Assembly: GCA_965220745.1 (NCBI GenBank)
Contig: CBDCQT010000011.1
Coordinates: 32,001-96,000 of the forward strand
Source of the DNA: Alphaproteobacteria bacterium
GTDB lineage: Bacteria > Pseudomonadota > Alphaproteobacteria > UBA828
DNA: 64,000 bases
Reading direction: 5' to 3'
The position numbers were made by a program, and so were the translations under genes. How positions within the stretch are numbered: the first letter of the stretch is position 1; the number at the start of each line of letters is the position of its first letter. The notes beneath the pieces are model-generated. The model saw only the letters and a program-made list of their open reading frames with translations, was not told the origin of the DNA and did no database searches. Of the stretch, positions 9,245 through 19,893 are shown piece by piece.

Positions 9245-10638
9245 GTGCCTCTGTGGCTTGCGGCGGCTGGCGTGCCGCCCCGCTCTAACACGAAACGACC
9301 ATGCGGCTGGGCCGGATCAGAGACGAGCGTGACCGGAATCCCGAGCCAGCGTGCCAACGCGTCCTCACCGGGCGCGGCGAGCGCTTCCAGCAGCGCCGGT
9401 GCAGCGCGGAGCGTCAGCGCCCGCGCCCCGCTCGCCGCCTCGCGCCGGGCGGCGTGGGCCGCCTCGTGCGCGATGGCTTCCAGGCAGAGCCTGCGCCCGC
9501 CGAAGGCACCACCGGCCGGCTCGGTCAGCGCCTGACGCAGGCTCGGGCCGAGCCGCTGGCGGTTGACCTCCACCACGCCGCCGGCGGTGACGCCGAGCAC
9601 GCGGTGGGGAGTCCGGTCGGCGGCGAGGGCGTTCTTCAGCGCCCCAATCTGCGCCTCGCGCCGGCGGGTGCCGCCGCGGCCCGCGAAGTCGATGGCGATC
9701 AGCCCGCTCAGGTTGCGCAGCACGATTTCGCGGCCCGCCGCCTCGGCGGTCTCGGCCGCCGCGGCACCGGAGGCCTGGCTCGTATCGACGTCGATGGCGC
9801 AGAGCGTTTGCGCCTCCTCGATCGTGAGCCGGGCGCCACCAGGGAGAGTCACCTCGGACTCCAGCGCCGCCTGGAGCCGGCCGGCGCAATCGTGGCGCTC
9901 GAAGAGCGGTGTTTCGGACGGTGCGGCGCCGGCCAACGAGAGTACCGGCACGAGGTCTGGTGCCTCTTGCGCTGCCAGCGTCCGCGCGCGCTCGAACACC
10001 GCGCGGTCGTCAATGACGATGAGCGCGGTTTCTGCCGCCGCAACGTCACGCAGCAGGCGCCCGAGCAGCCCACCCGCGTGCCAGAGGCGCCGAGGCGTCC
10101 GGTCGCGCTGCGCGGCCGTCTCGATCTCCTGCCAGCGCGCGGCCAAAGCGGCGACTTCGGCTTGCACCGCGTCCGGGTTCGCGGCCGCACCCCTGATCGT
10201 CAACCCGCCGCCGGGCGCCCCGGCCACATCCAGCACCGACCCAAGCGCACGCTTGATCTGCGGATCGCGAAGACGCCGCGAGAACGTGATCCCCCGACCG
10301 CCGGGGCGGAATACGGCGTAGCGGCCGGCCAGCGCCGGCTTGCGCGTGACCCGCGCGCGCTTGCCTTCATAGGCATCGCAGACCACCTGCACGATGGGCG
10401 GCGCGTCGTCGGCATCGAGGCCGCGCGCGCCTTGCAGGAACGCCTCCTTGCCCGCGCCGATATCGACGATGCAGGCGTCGATGCCCGTCATCCGGCCGAG
10501 CGGGCGCGCCACGTGCACGTCGCCGATGCGGCTGGGGCTCGCCGTCCACTCGATGAAGAACGCGGTCGGCCGGCCGCCTGCGACCGCCGCCGCCTGCATG
10601 CCATAGGGGCTCGCGGTGATCAGAAGCTCGTCGCCCAT
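9229..10638 (-). CDS. Ribonuclease E/G family protein
   Basis: S1-like VDIGAGKEAFL, VQVVCDAYEGKRARVT, AIDVDT, EIVLRNLSGLIAIDF; follows maf. Confidence 0.88.
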   Translation of the reverse strand: MGDELLITASPYGMQAAAVAGGRPTAFFIEWTASPSRIGDVHVARPLGRMTGIDACIVDIGAGKEAFLQGARGLDADDAPPIVQVVCDAYEGKRARVTRKPALAGRYAVFRPGGRGITFSRRLRDPQIKRALGSVLDVAGAPGGGLTIRGAAANPDAVQAEVAALAARWQEIETAAQRDRTPRRLWHAGGLLGRLLRDVAAAETALIVIDDRAVFERARTLAAQEAPDLVPVLSLAGAAPSETPLFERHDCAGRLQAALESEVTLPGGARLTIEEAQTLCAIDVDTSQASGAAAAETAEAAGREIVLRNLSGLIAIDFAGRGGTRRREAQIGALKNALAADRTPHRVLGVTAGGVVEVNRQRLGPSLRQALTEPAGGAFGGRRLCLEAIAHEAAHAARREAASGARALTLRAAPALLEALAAPGEDALARWLGIPVTLVSDPAQPHGRFVLERGGTPAAASHRGTCSTR

Positions 10639-10646
10639 CGCCTCGA

Positions 10647-11255
10647 TCACATGGGGCCGGGCGGCCGGGGCGGCAAGCCGAGGCCGACCAGTAGCCGGTA
10701 GGTCTCGTGCAGCGGTAGACCCACCACGTTGGAATAGGAGCCACCCATGAAGCGGACGAAGGCCGCCGCCCGCCCCTGGATCGCGTAGCCGCCGGCCTTG
10801 CCCCGCCATTCGCCGCAAGCGAGATAGGCCGTGATTTCCTCGTCCGAGAGCCGTTTGAAGGCCACCGCGGTGCGCACCAGCCGACTCACCGCCCGGCCCG
10901 TCGGGTCGACGACCGTAACCCCGCCGTAGACCCGGTGGCGCCGGCCCGAGAGCAGCGAGAGGCAGCGCTGCGCGCTCTCCTCGCTCTCCGCCTTGTCCAG
11001 GATGCGCCGGCCGCAGGCCACCACCGTATCGGCGCCGAGCACGAACGCCCCCGGATGGCGCGCCGCGACCGCCTCCGCCTTGGCGCGGGCGAGTCGGGCC
11101 GCGTGCGCCTCCGGCCGCTCGCCGGGGAGCACGGCCTCGTCGAGCGCTGCAGGCTCGACCGTATCCGGCCCATAGCCGATCTGCTCCAGCAGCGCGCGGC
11201 GGCGGGGCGACGCCGAGGCGAGCACCAGAGGCGGGCGTTGCGGAGGGTTGACCAC
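10647..11255 (-). CDS. maf: Maf family nucleoside triphosphate pyrophosphatase
   Basis: LVLASASPRRRALL, GADTVV, GKAGGYAIQG, GSYSNVVGLPL. Confidence 0.95.
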   Translation of the reverse strand: MVNPPQRPPLVLASASPRRRALLEQIGYGPDTVEPAALDEAVLPGERPEAHAARLARAKAEAVAARHPGAFVLGADTVVACGRRILDKAESEESAQRCLSLLSGRRHRVYGGVTVVDPTGRAVSRLVRTAVAFKRLSDEEITAYLACGEWRGKAGGYAIQGRAAAFVRFMGGSYSNVVGLPLHETYRLLVGLGLPPRPPGPM

Positions 11256-11257
11256 GG

Positions 11258-11704
11258 TCAGACCACCGGCGGGCGGGGCGCGCCGAAGCGCTCCGTGAGC
11301 TTCGCCATGAGCCCGTCCCGCACCTCGCGGTAGGCGAACAGCCGAGTCTCGCGGTTGCCCTCGACGATGCTGGGATCGAGGGTGTGCCAGAACTCGAGCT
11401 CGCAGTGGGCGGTGCGGGTGAGCTCGATCGCCCTGTGCTGGGCCTCTGGCGAGAGCGACACCACCATGTCGAAGGAATCGCTCTCGAGATCGTCGAAGGT
11501 CTTGGGTCGGTGGCCGCCGATATCGATCCCGATCTCCGCCATGACGAGAACCGCGAAGGCGTCACGTCCGCCGCCGCTGCGCACACCCGCCGAATCGACG
11601 AAGAGCCGGGTGCCGAAGAGGCTCTTCATAAGCCCTTCCGCCATGGGCGAGCGCACGGAGTTCCACGTGCAGGCGAAGAGGATGCTGCCGGGGAGTATGC
11701 CCAT
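11258..11704 (-). CDS. Low-molecular-weight phosphatase / ArsC family protein
   Basis: CX5R(S) P-loop ACTWNSVRSPMAE, DSAGV, DP motif. Confidence 0.9.
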   Translation of the reverse strand: MGILPGSILFACTWNSVRSPMAEGLMKSLFGTRLFVDSAGVRSGGGRDAFAVLVMAEIGIDIGGHRPKTFDDLESDSFDMVVSLSPEAQHRAIELTRTAHCELEFWHTLDPSIVEGNRETRLFAYREVRDGLMAKLTERFGAPRPPVV

Positions 11705-11718
11705 GGCGAGCGAGCGGG

Positions 11719-12204
11719 CTAAAGCCGGACATGCAGCGCGTGGACGAGCGTGAACAGCCGCCGCGCCGTCGCCTCGTCGATATCGATGGTGCCGGCGAGT
11801 TCGCGCCGGATGATCTCGGCGCCGTCGTTGTGGCAAGACCGCCGGCCCATGTCGATCGCCTCGATTTGCGACCGCGGCGCGGTTCTGATTGCCTCGTGAT
11901 AGGTGTCGCAGATCGTCGCGTAGTCGCGCAGCGTCTGGCGCAGCGTCGCGAGCAGCAGCACGGCCTGGACCTGGGGCACGCCCATGTCGTCCTCGACATC
12001 GAGAAGGAGCCGCCCTTCCTCGCGGCCGATGCGCAGCCGATAAGGGCCGCCCGACCCTTCGACCGGCGCGAAGCTGTTCTCCTCCAGCAGGTCGTGGATG
12101 GCGATGCGGCGCTCGTGTTCGTAATCGGGGCCCCGGCGAAAGCCGGCGCTCGGGTCCAGCGCGACCTCCACCAGCCGGTCCGTGCCGGCCGGGTCCCCAC
12201 CCAT
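11719..12204 (-). CDS. UPF0262 family protein
   Basis: EHERRIAIHDLLEENSF, IEAIDMGRR..HN, TARRLFTL; conserved position after hisD. Confidence 0.9.
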   Translation of the reverse strand: MGGDPAGTDRLVEVALDPSAGFRRGPDYEHERRIAIHDLLEENSFAPVEGSGGPYRLRIGREEGRLLLDVEDDMGVPQVQAVLLLATLRQTLRDYATICDTYHEAIRTAPRSQIEAIDMGRRSCHNDGAEIIRRELAGTIDIDEATARRLFTLVHALHVRL

Positions 12205-12208
12205 GTTC

Positions 12209-13510
12209 TCACTCCGGGCCGCCGCCGAGCCTGAGCGCCACCGAGAGGGCGTGGGCGTGAAGCCCTTCGGCTTCGGCGAGCGTGACGGCCGCCGGGCCGA
12301 TTTGCGCGAGGCTCGCGGCGTCGCAGCCGACGAAGGTCGTGCGCTTGAGGAAATCTAGAGGCGAGAGACCCGAGGAGAAGCGGGCGCTCCGGGCGGTCGG
12401 CAGCACGTGGTTGGGGCCGGCCACGTAGTCGCCGATAGCCTCCGGCGTGTGCCTGCCGAGGAAGATGGCACCGGCGCTGGTCACCGCCTCGGCCAGCCGG
12501 GCGGGCTCCGCCACCGCGAGCTCCAGGTGCTCGGGTGCGAGGCGATTGACCAGAGGCGGCGCCTCGTCGAGGGAGCCGACGACGATGACCGCGCCGTGAT
12601 CGCGCCAGCTCGCGGCGGCAATGTTCGCACGCGGGAGCCGCGCCAGGTGCGCCGCCACCGCCTCGGTCACCCGGTCCGCGAACGCCGCGTTATCCGTAAT
12701 CAAGATCGCCTGGGCGTCGCCGTCGTGCTCGGCCTGCGAGAGCAGGTCCGCGGCGATCCACTCGGGCTCGTTGGCATTGTCCGCGACCACCAGGATCTCC
12801 GACGGGCCCGCGATCATGTCGATGCCGACCGTGCCGAAGACGAGCCGCTTGGCGGCGGCGACATAGGCGTTGCCGGGGCCCACGATCTTGTCCACCGGCG
12901 CGATGCTCTCGGTGCCGTAGGCGAGCGCCGCGATCGCCTGTGCCCCGCCCACCCGATAGATCTCGGTGACGCCGGCGATCTCGGCGGCGGCCATCACCGC
13001 CGGGTCGAGCCCGCCGTCCGGCGTCGGCACCACCATGGCGATGCGCTGCACGCCCGCGACGCGCGCGGGGATCGCGTTCATCAGCACGGTGCTGGGATAG
13101 GCGGCGGTGCCGCCCGGCACGTAGAGCCCGACCGCATCCAGCGGGCGCCAACGGGCGCCGAGTTGAACACCTGCCTCATCGCGGTAGTCGAGATCGGCCG
13201 GCATCAGGCGGACGTGGAAGGCCTCGATCCGTTCGGCCGCGTGCGCGAGCGCGTCGCGCACGGCCGCAGGTGCAGCGGCGGCTTGGCCGGCGGCCTCGTC
13301 CGCCGAAAGCCGAAGCGTGTCGGGCGTGAGGGCGATGCGGTCGAAACGCGCGGTGTAGTCGAGCAGCGTCGCATCGCCGCCCTCGCGCACCGCACCCACA
13401 ATCGCAGCGGCCTCGCTTTCAACGTCTTCCGCCACGCCCCGCCGCGCCGCCAGCAGAGCGTCGAAAGCCGATGCGAAGCCGGGGGCAGCGCTATCCAGCT
13501 TGCGCGCCAT
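12209..13510 (-). CDS. hisD: Histidinol dehydrogenase
   Basis: [60 protein letters not shown]. Confidence 0.98.
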   Translation of the reverse strand: MARKLDSAAPGFASAFDALLAARRGVAEDVESEAAAIVGAVREGGDATLLDYTARFDRIALTPDTLRLSADEAAGQAAAAPAAVRDALAHAAERIEAFHVRLMPADLDYRDEAGVQLGARWRPLDAVGLYVPGGTAAYPSTVLMNAIPARVAGVQRIAMVVPTPDGGLDPAVMAAAEIAGVTEIYRVGGAQAIAALAYGTESIAPVDKIVGPGNAYVAAAKRLVFGTVGIDMIAGPSEILVVADNANEPEWIAADLLSQAEHDGDAQAILITDNAAFADRVTEAVAAHLARLPRANIAAASWRDHGAVIVVGSLDEAPPLVNRLAPEHLELAVAEPARLAEAVTSAGAIFLGRHTPEAIGDYVAGPNHVLPTARSARFSSGLSPLDFLKRTTFVGCDAASLAQIGPAAVTLAEAEGLHAHALSVALRLGGGPE

Positions 13511-14156
13511 TCACCGCCTCGCCAAAGCGCTCGATCCAGGCCTGGAGCTCGCCGGCCCGCGTCTTGAGCGCGGTGCGGTTGACCACCAGCCGCGCCGAGA
13601 TATCAGCGATATGCTCGACCTCGACCAGGCCGTTGGCCCTGAGCGTCGCGCCGGTGCCGACCAGATCGACGATCCGCCGGCAGAGCCCGAGCCCCGGCGC
13701 GAGCTCCATCGCGCCGTTGAGCTTGATGCACTCGGCCTGCACGCCGCGGGCAGCAAAATGGCGGCGCGTCACCTGCGGATACTTGGTGGCGACCCGCACG
13801 TGGCTCCAGCGCGAGGGGTCGTCCCCGGTCGCAAGCTCCGCCGGCTCCGCCACCACCATGCGGCAGAGGCCGATGCCGAGATCGAGCGGCGCATAGATCT
13901 CGCGGTACTCGAACTCCATCAGCACGTCGTTTCCGACTACGCCGAGCTGGGCCGCGCCGAAGGCGACGAAGGTGGCGACATCGAAGCTGCGCACCTGGAT
14001 CAGCCCGAGCCCCGGATCGGACGTGGCGAAGCGCAACTGGCGCGCGTGCTCGTCCGCGAATGCGGCCTCCGGCTCGATGCCGGCGCGGGACAGCACGGGC
14101 GCAAGCTCGCGGGCGATCCGGCCCTTGGGCAGCGCGAGCAGCAGACCGGTGCTCAT
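13491..14156 (-). CDS. hisG: ATP phosphoribosyltransferase, short form
   Basis: [41 protein letters not shown]; no C-terminal regulatory domain. Confidence 0.96.
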   Translation of the reverse strand: MSTGLLLALPKGRIARELAPVLSRAGIEPEAAFADEHARQLRFATSDPGLGLIQVRSFDVATFVAFGAAQLGVVGNDVLMEFEYREIYAPLDLGIGLCRMVVAEPAELATGDDPSRWSHVRVATKYPQVTRRHFAARGVQAECIKLNGAMELAPGLGLCRRIVDLVGTGATLRANGLVEVEHIADISARLVVNRTALKTRAGELQAWIERFGEAVNGAQAG

Positions 14157-14584
14157 GCCCGATTCTCCTCCCCCTGCACCGCAGCCAGCCGCGGCTCCTC
14201 CAGGTCCTGAAACACGCAGGCCAGGTGCCCGGTCTCGATCCATACCTCGGCACCGTCCTGGAACAGGAGCCGCACCACGGTCGTGGACCGGCCGGGCTCG
14301 GCGACCATGCCGGCGAGCGTGAGCAGCCGCGCGGGCTCGGCGCGGTCGATCCCGCGCAGCTTGACCGCAGAGACCGCATCGAAGTGGATCGCGGCCCGTG
14401 CCTGGCCCGCGGGCCCGCCCGCGGCCTCGCGGCAGCGGCGCACGACGATCGCCGCGAAGCGGCTGTCGGCGGGCTCGAAAGCCATCTCGCCGACCGCGAA
14501 GACGGCGTCCTCAAGACATGCCAAGATCACGGCGAGATCGCCGGCATCCTCCGCCCGCAGCTTGAGACGCGTGCACGCCGTCAA
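14153..14584 (-). CDS. DUF2948 family protein
   Basis: [23 protein letters not shown]-terminus; lies between murA and hisG as in Alphaproteobacteria. Confidence 0.8.
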   Translation of the reverse strand: MTACTRLKLRAEDAGDLAVILACLEDAVFAVGEMAFEPADSRFAAIVVRRCREAAGGPAGQARAAIHFDAVSAVKLRGIDRAEPARLLTLAGMVAEPGRSTTVVRLLFQDGAEVWIETGHLACVFQDLEEPRLAAVQGEENRA

Positions 14585-15864
14585 TGATGGACCCGGTCGA
14601 TCTCGGCGCCGCAGGCCGCGAGCTTGTCCTCGATCCGCTCGTAGCCGCGGTCGAGGTGATAGACCCGGTGCACCACCGTCTCGCCCTCGGCGGCGAGGCC
14701 CGCGAGCACCAGCGACGACGAGGCCCGGAGGTCGGTGGCCATCACCTGCGCGCCGGTGAGCGAGTCCACGCCCCGCACCAGCGCAGTCGGGCCGCGAACG
14801 GCAATGTCCGCGCCCATGCGGCGCAACTCCTGCACGTGCATGAAGCGGTTCTCGAAGATCGTCTCGGTGATCATCGCGGCGCCGTCGGCGACAGTCATGA
14901 GCGCCATCGCCTGCGCCTGCAGGTCGGTGGGAAAGCCGGGATAAGGACGCGTCGTCACGTCCGCAGCAGAGGGCCGGCCGTTGCCGCGCACCCGGAGCCC
15001 GCGCGCCGTCACGGTGATGCTAACCCCGGCAGCCTCCAGATAATCGAGCAGCGAGCGCAGAAGGGCAGCCGGCGCACCGGCGAGCTCGACATCGCCGCCC
15101 ACCATGGCGGCTGCCAGCGCATAGGTGCCGGCCTCGATCCGGTCGCCCACCACGTGATGATCGGCGCCGGAGAGCGCCTCCTTGCCGCGAATCAGGAGCT
15201 CGTCGGTGCCGATTCCCGTGATGTCTGCGCCCATCGCGTTCAGGCAAAGGGCGAGATCGGCGATCTCCGGCTCGCGCGCGGCGTTGCGGATGACCGTCTC
15301 GCCGTCCGCGAGAGTCGCCGCCATCATCAGGTTTTCCGTGGCCCCCACCGAGGCGAAGGGCAGCCTGATCTCGGCCCCGCGCAGGCGTCCCTGCGCGTGC
15401 GCCCGGATGTCGCCGTCCTCCAGCACGACCTGGGCACCGAGCCGGGCGAGCCCGTCGATGTGCAGGTCCACCGGGCGCGTGCCGATGGCGCAGCCGCCGG
15501 GGAGCGAGACGGTCGCGCGCCCCGTGCGGGCGAGCAGCGGGCCCAACACCAGGATGGAGGCGCGCATCCGGCTCACCAGCTCGTAGGGCGCCGTGGTGCT
15601 GGTGATCTGGCGGGCCCGGAGCGAGAGCACCCGCCCAGCATTGCCGCCGCGCCGGGCGTGGCCGTCCATGCCGATCTCGACCCCGTGCTGGGCCAGCAGG
15701 TGCGCAAGCGTGGTGATATCGGTGAGGTGCGGGATGTTGGCGAGCGTGAGCGTTTCGTCGGTCAAGAGACACGCCGCCATCAACGGCAGGGCCGCGTTCT
15801 TGGCGCCAAAGATCTCGATCTCGCCCTCGAGCGGGCGGCCGCCCCTGATGCGGATGCTGTCCAT
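14581..15864 (-). CDS. murA: UDP-N-acetylglucosamine 1-carboxyvinyltransferase
   Basis: [23 protein letters not shown] (catalytic Cys), [19 protein letters not shown]. Confidence 0.98.
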   Translation of the reverse strand: MDSIRIRGGRPLEGEIEIFGAKNAALPLMAACLLTDETLTLANIPHLTDITTLAHLLAQHGVEIGMDGHARRGGNAGRVLSLRARQITSTTAPYELVSRMRASILVLGPLLARTGRATVSLPGGCAIGTRPVDLHIDGLARLGAQVVLEDGDIRAHAQGRLRGAEIRLPFASVGATENLMMAATLADGETVIRNAAREPEIADLALCLNAMGADITGIGTDELLIRGKEALSGADHHVVGDRIEAGTYALAAAMVGGDVELAGAPAALLRSLLDYLEAAGVSITVTARGLRVRGNGRPSAADVTTRPYPGFPTDLQAQAMALMTVADGAAMITETIFENRFMHVQELRRMGADIAVRGPTALVRGVDSLTGAQVMATDLRASSSLVLAGLAAEGETVVHRVYHLDRGYERIEDKLAACGAEIDRVHH

Positions 15865-15993
15865 CAATCGCCCCTGGCGCCGGGGGCAGGGCGCCGCGCC
15901 GCCATGCGGCCGCACATGAGAATCGGCGCGACCGCCCCGTCCGCTTTCGCGGCCGCACCATAGGCGAGCGGCGCCCGAGGGACAAGCAGAGGC

Positions 15994-16587
15994 TCAGGCC
16001 GGGCGGTACTCCGCCATGGCGTCGAGCAGCCAGGTGGCGAGGTAGACCGAGAACGAGTTGCGTATCGTGATCTCGTAGGAGGGCGCGTCGTCGGTCTGGT
16101 GCAGGATCACGTTCGCCTTGGCGAGCGCGGTCTGCACGCAGGTGCCGGGCGTGAACGTACGCGGGTGAAGGTCGAGCCGGCAGCCCTTCATCAGCACCTC
16201 CCGTGCACGGGGGCCGGAGAGCGCGAGCGTGGCGTACATGGCGCTTACGTCGGTGAGCGCGTGATGGCGGCCGTCGAGGCGGCCCCGCAGCGTCTCTTCG
16301 AGCTGAGCGCCTTCCTCCGCCGGGCCGGTCACCAGCCACTCGTCGGGGCCGAGCCAGAGCAGGATCTTGCCGTTGACGGTGGTGGCCGCGGTGTTTGGTG
16401 TGCGCGGCAGCGACCCGCCGAGCACGGCGCCGGCGGCGGTAAGCGCCTCCACGTCCTCCTGATCGAGCCGGAGGTTGAGCCTGACGCGCCCCGGCTGCTC
16501 GGCAAGGGTAGCGCCGTCCGTGTGCGCGCCCGCGAGCGCGTCTGCAAGGCCCGCAAGCGGGCTGCGCGGTGCCGGCGCCTCAGCCAT
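15994..16587 (-). CDS. soxG: Sarcosine oxidase subunit gamma
   Basis: LWLGPDEWL, GCRLDLHPRTF, RNSFSVYLATWLLDA; last gene of soxBDAG. Confidence 0.93.
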   Translation of the reverse strand: MAEAPAPRSPLAGLADALAGAHTDGATLAEQPGRVRLNLRLDQEDVEALTAAGAVLGGSLPRTPNTAATTVNGKILLWLGPDEWLVTGPAEEGAQLEETLRGRLDGRHHALTDVSAMYATLALSGPRAREVLMKGCRLDLHPRTFTPGTCVQTALAKANVILHQTDDAPSYEITIRNSFSVYLATWLLDAMAEYRPA

Positions 16588-19585
16588 CCCGCTTGGCTCC
16601 TTCCGGATCGTAGAACACCGGCTCCGTGATCTTGCACGGCAGGAACCCGCTCTCTGGCGCAGCGTAGATCGTCTCGCCCTTGCGCGCCCGGCCGCCCTTC
16701 ACCAGCGCGAGCGCGATGGAACGGCCAAGCGTCGGGCTCGCGTAGCTGGAGGTGACGTGGCCGATCATCGGGATCGGCGGCCGCCCACGCTTGTCCACCA
16801 GCTGTGTGCCCTCGGGCAGCACCTTCTTGGGGTCGTCGGTGAGGATGCCGACGAGCTGTTTGCGGTCCTCGCGCCGCGAGTCCTCGCGGCTCCAGGCGCG
16901 CTTGCCCAGGAAATCGGCCTTCTTCTTGGAGACGATCCAGTCCATGCCGAGGTCGTGCGGCGTGGTGGTGCCGTCGGTCTCCTGGCCGACGATGATGAAA
17001 CCCCGCTCGGCACGCAGCACGTGCATCGCCTCGGTGCCGTAAGGGGTGATGCCGTGCTCGGCGCCCGCTGCCATCAGGGCATCCCACAGGTGGCGCCCGT
17101 GATGCCAGGGCACGTTGATCTCGAAGCTGAGCTCGCCGGTGAAGCTGATGCGGAAGACCCGCGCGTCCACGCCGGCAACCATGCCCTCCTTCACGCTCAT
17201 GAAGGGGAAGGAGTGGGCATCCAGCGCCATCTCCGGCGCCAGCGCAGCCAGCACGTCGCGGGCGCGTGGGCCGGCCAGCGCCACCGTCGCCCACTGCTCG
17301 GTCACCGAGGTGCAGTAGACCCTGAGCTCCGGCCACTCGGTCTGCAGCCATTCCTCGAGCCATTCCAGCACGTGGGCCGCGTTGCCCGTGGTCGTGGTCA
17401 TCAGATAGTGGTTCTCGCCGAGGCGCGCCGTGGTGCCGTCGTCGAAGACCATGCCGTCGTCACCGCACATCAGCCCGTAGCGCACCCGGCCCAGCTTCAG
17501 CGTCGAGAAGGCGTTGGTGTAGACCATGTCGAGCAGGGTCGTCACGTCCGGCCCCTTGATGTCGATCTTGCCGAGGGTGGAGGCGTCGAGGATGCCCGCG
17601 GCCTCCCGCACGGCCCGGCACTCGCGCGCCACCGCCGCGTGCATGTCCTCGCCCGGCTTGGGATACCACCAGGGCCGGTGCCACTGGCCGACGGGCTCGA
17701 ACACCGCGCCGTGCGCCTCGTGCCACTCGTGTATCGCGGTGCGCCGCACCGGGTCCATCAGCGGGCCGGTATCGCGGCCGGCAAGCGCACCGAAGGTAAC
17801 GGGCGTGTAGGGCGGCCGGTAGGTGGTAAAGCCCACCTCGGGCACGGTCTTGCCCAACGCATCGGCGAGGATGGCGAGCCCGTTGACGTTCGCCGTCTTG
17901 CCCTGGTCGGTGCCCATGCCGACGGTGGTGTAGCGCTTGACGTGCTCGACCGAGCGGAACCCCTCGCGCGCAGCGAGCCGGATGTCCGCCGCGGTCACGT
18001 CGTCCTGATGGTCGACCATGTGCTTGGCCTTGCCGTGACCGAGCGGCTTCAGCCCCGGCGCGAGCCAGTAGGGCGTGATGGCGCCGGGCTCGGACGCTTC
18101 GACCGGCGGTGCCGGCGGCGGCGTGCCGTCGCCGAAGCCTATTGCTTCCGCGGCGCGCGCGCCGGCGGCGGCGCCCTCCGCGAGGCAGGCGGCGAGGCCA
18201 AAGCTGCCGTTGGCGGCGCCCGCGACTTCCAGTGCTTGCGTCGCGGTGCCGGGGAGGAAGATGCCCCGCGCCTCTTCGTAGGTGAGCTTGCCGGCCGACT
18301 GACTGAAGAGATGCACCGCCGGGTTCCAGCCGCCTGACACGAGCACGCTGTCGCAGTAGATGCGGTATCGCTCGCTGCCGAGCCCGCCATCCTGACTGAG
18401 CTTCGCAACGGTGACGGAGCGCACCCGCTTCGTCCCGTAAGTGGCGGCGATGACGGACCCGGTGTGAAGCGCGACCCCGGCCTCCTTAAGCTTGGGCGCC
18501 AGCGGCGCCGCAGGCTCGGACCGACAATCGATCACCGCGCCGACCGTGCCGCCGGCCTCGACGATGTCGTGGGCCGCCTCGTAAGCCGCGTCGTTGTTGG
18601 TGAACAGCACCGCGCGCTCGCCCGGTAGCGCCGCGTAGTGGTTTAGGTAACGCTGCGCCGCCGAAGCCAGCAGGATTCCCGGTCGGTCGTTGTCGGCGAA
18701 CACCAGGGGCCGCTCGTGTGCGCCGGTGGCGAGCACCACGTGGCCTGCCTTGATGTTCCACAGGCGCTGGCGGCTCGTGCCGTCGGGCGCGTGCGGCCCC
18801 AGGTGGTCGGTGCGGCGCTCGAACGCGCTCAGGGAATTGTGGTCGTAGTAGCCGAAGAGTGTGGTGCGGGTGAGGACGCGGACCTCCTCCATCGCGGCAA
18901 GACGCCCGGCCGCCGCTTGGGCCCAGGCCGCGCCGTCGACGCCATCGACTCTGTGGCGGAGGCCCAGCAGGGCGCCGCCGAGGGTCGCCTCGTCGTCCAC
19001 CAGCATCACCCGCGCGCCGGCCTCACCGGCGGCGAGCGCTGCGGCGATGCCCGCCGGGCCGCCGCCCGCCACCAGCACGTCGCAGTGGACGTTCATCTTG
19101 TCGTAAGCGTCGGGGTCTGGCGCCGCGGGTGCACGGCCGAGCCCCGCCATGCGCCGGATTGCAGGCTCGTAAAGCGACTTCCAGAACGACGCGGGCCAGA
19201 GGAAGGTCTTGTAGTAGAAGCCGGCGGGGAAGAGCGGCGCGAGCCGCCCGGTCCAAGCGGCGAGGTCGCAGTTGGCACTCGGCCAGGCGTTGATGCCGGC
19301 GGCGCTAAGCCCGTCGTAGAGCTCGATCTGGGTCGCACGCAGGTTGGGCTCGGTGCGCGCGCCGGTGCCGAGCTGGACCAGCGCGGATGGTTCCTCCGCA
19401 CCTGCGGTGAGGATGCCGCGCGGTCGGTGATACTTGAAGCTCCGGCTGGTCAGATGGGTGCCGCTCGCGATCAGCGCGGACGCGAGCGTATCGCCGGCAT
19501 AGCCCTCGTAGCTCCGCCCGTTGAAGCTGAAGCGGAGGCGCTGCGCCCTGTCGATCCGCCCGCCCTGCTTGAGACGAAAGCGCAC
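16580..19585 (-). CDS. soxA: Sarcosine oxidase subunit alpha
   Basis: GDTLASAL, RSFKYHRPRG, PAGFYYKTF, EHVKRYTT.GMGTDQGK, GcvT-like C-terminus. Confidence 0.96.
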   Translation of the reverse strand: MRFRLKQGGRIDRAQRLRFSFNGRSYEGYAGDTLASALIASGTHLTSRSFKYHRPRGILTAGAEEPSALVQLGTGARTEPNLRATQIELYDGLSAAGINAWPSANCDLAAWTGRLAPLFPAGFYYKTFLWPASFWKSLYEPAIRRMAGLGRAPAAPDPDAYDKMNVHCDVLVAGGGPAGIAAALAAGEAGARVMLVDDEATLGGALLGLRHRVDGVDGAAWAQAAAGRLAAMEEVRVLTRTTLFGYYDHNSLSAFERRTDHLGPHAPDGTSRQRLWNIKAGHVVLATGAHERPLVFADNDRPGILLASAAQRYLNHYAALPGERAVLFTNNDAAYEAAHDIVEAGGTVGAVIDCRSEPAAPLAPKLKEAGVALHTGSVIAATYGTKRVRSVTVAKLSQDGGLGSERYRIYCDSVLVSGGWNPAVHLFSQSAGKLTYEEARGIFLPGTATQALEVAGAANGSFGLAACLAEGAAAGARAAEAIGFGDGTPPPAPPVEASEPGAITPYWLAPGLKPLGHGKAKHMVDHQDDVTAADIRLAAREGFRSVEHVKRYTTVGMGTDQGKTANVNGLAILADALGKTVPEVGFTTYRPPYTPVTFGALAGRDTGPLMDPVRRTAIHEWHEAHGAVFEPVGQWHRPWWYPKPGEDMHAAVARECRAVREAAGILDASTLGKIDIKGPDVTTLLDMVYTNAFSTLKLGRVRYGLMCGDDGMVFDDGTTARLGENHYLMTTTTGNAAHVLEWLEEWLQTEWPELRVYCTSVTEQWATVALAGPRARDVLAALAPEMALDAHSFPFMSVKEGMVAGVDARVFRISFTGELSFEINVPWHHGRHLWDALMAAGAEHGITPYGTEAMHVLRAERGFIIVGQETDGTTTPHDLGMDWIVSKKKADFLGKRAWSREDSRREDRKQLVGILTDDPKKVLPEGTQLVDKRGRPPIPMIGHVTSSYASPTLGRSIALALVKGGRARKGETIYAAPESGFLPCKITEPVFYDPEGAKRDG

Positions 19586-19881
19586 TATTCGCCCTCCGCC
19601 CCGTTGCCCGGAGAATCGGGCCGCGGCGTGCCCATGGGATAGATCGCGATCACGTCGTTGCTGACGGTATCGCGCAGCACGTTGAACCAGCGCCGGCAGC
19701 CCTCCCGGTGCATCCAGCGCTCGGCGTGGACGCCCTTCGGGTTGGTCCGCATGAAGAGGTAGTCAGCCCAGCCCGCATCGTCGGTCGCCGCCGGATCGGG
19801 ACGTGCGATGTGGGCCTCGCCGCCGTAGCGAAACTCGGATTCCGGCCGGGCGCCGCACCAGGGGCAATCGATCCAGAGCAT
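19585..19881 (-). CDS. soxD: Sarcosine oxidase subunit delta
   Basis: IDCPWCG.R.E.EF.YGGEAH, ERW.H..GCRRWFN Zn motif. Confidence 0.96.
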   Translation of the reverse strand: MLWIDCPWCGARPESEFRYGGEAHIARPDPAATDDAGWADYLFMRTNPKGVHAERWMHREGCRRWFNVLRDTVSNDVIAIYPMGTPRPDSPGNGAEGE

Positions 19882-19893
19882 TCCCCGTGTCCC

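Noticed and set aside
10639-11586. Long N-terminal extension of the RNase E/G ORF (and similar extensions on pcm, enamidase, wzt, GT2, rfbA)
   Set aside because: The extensions overlap genuine genes in other frames; internal starts match family N-termini.
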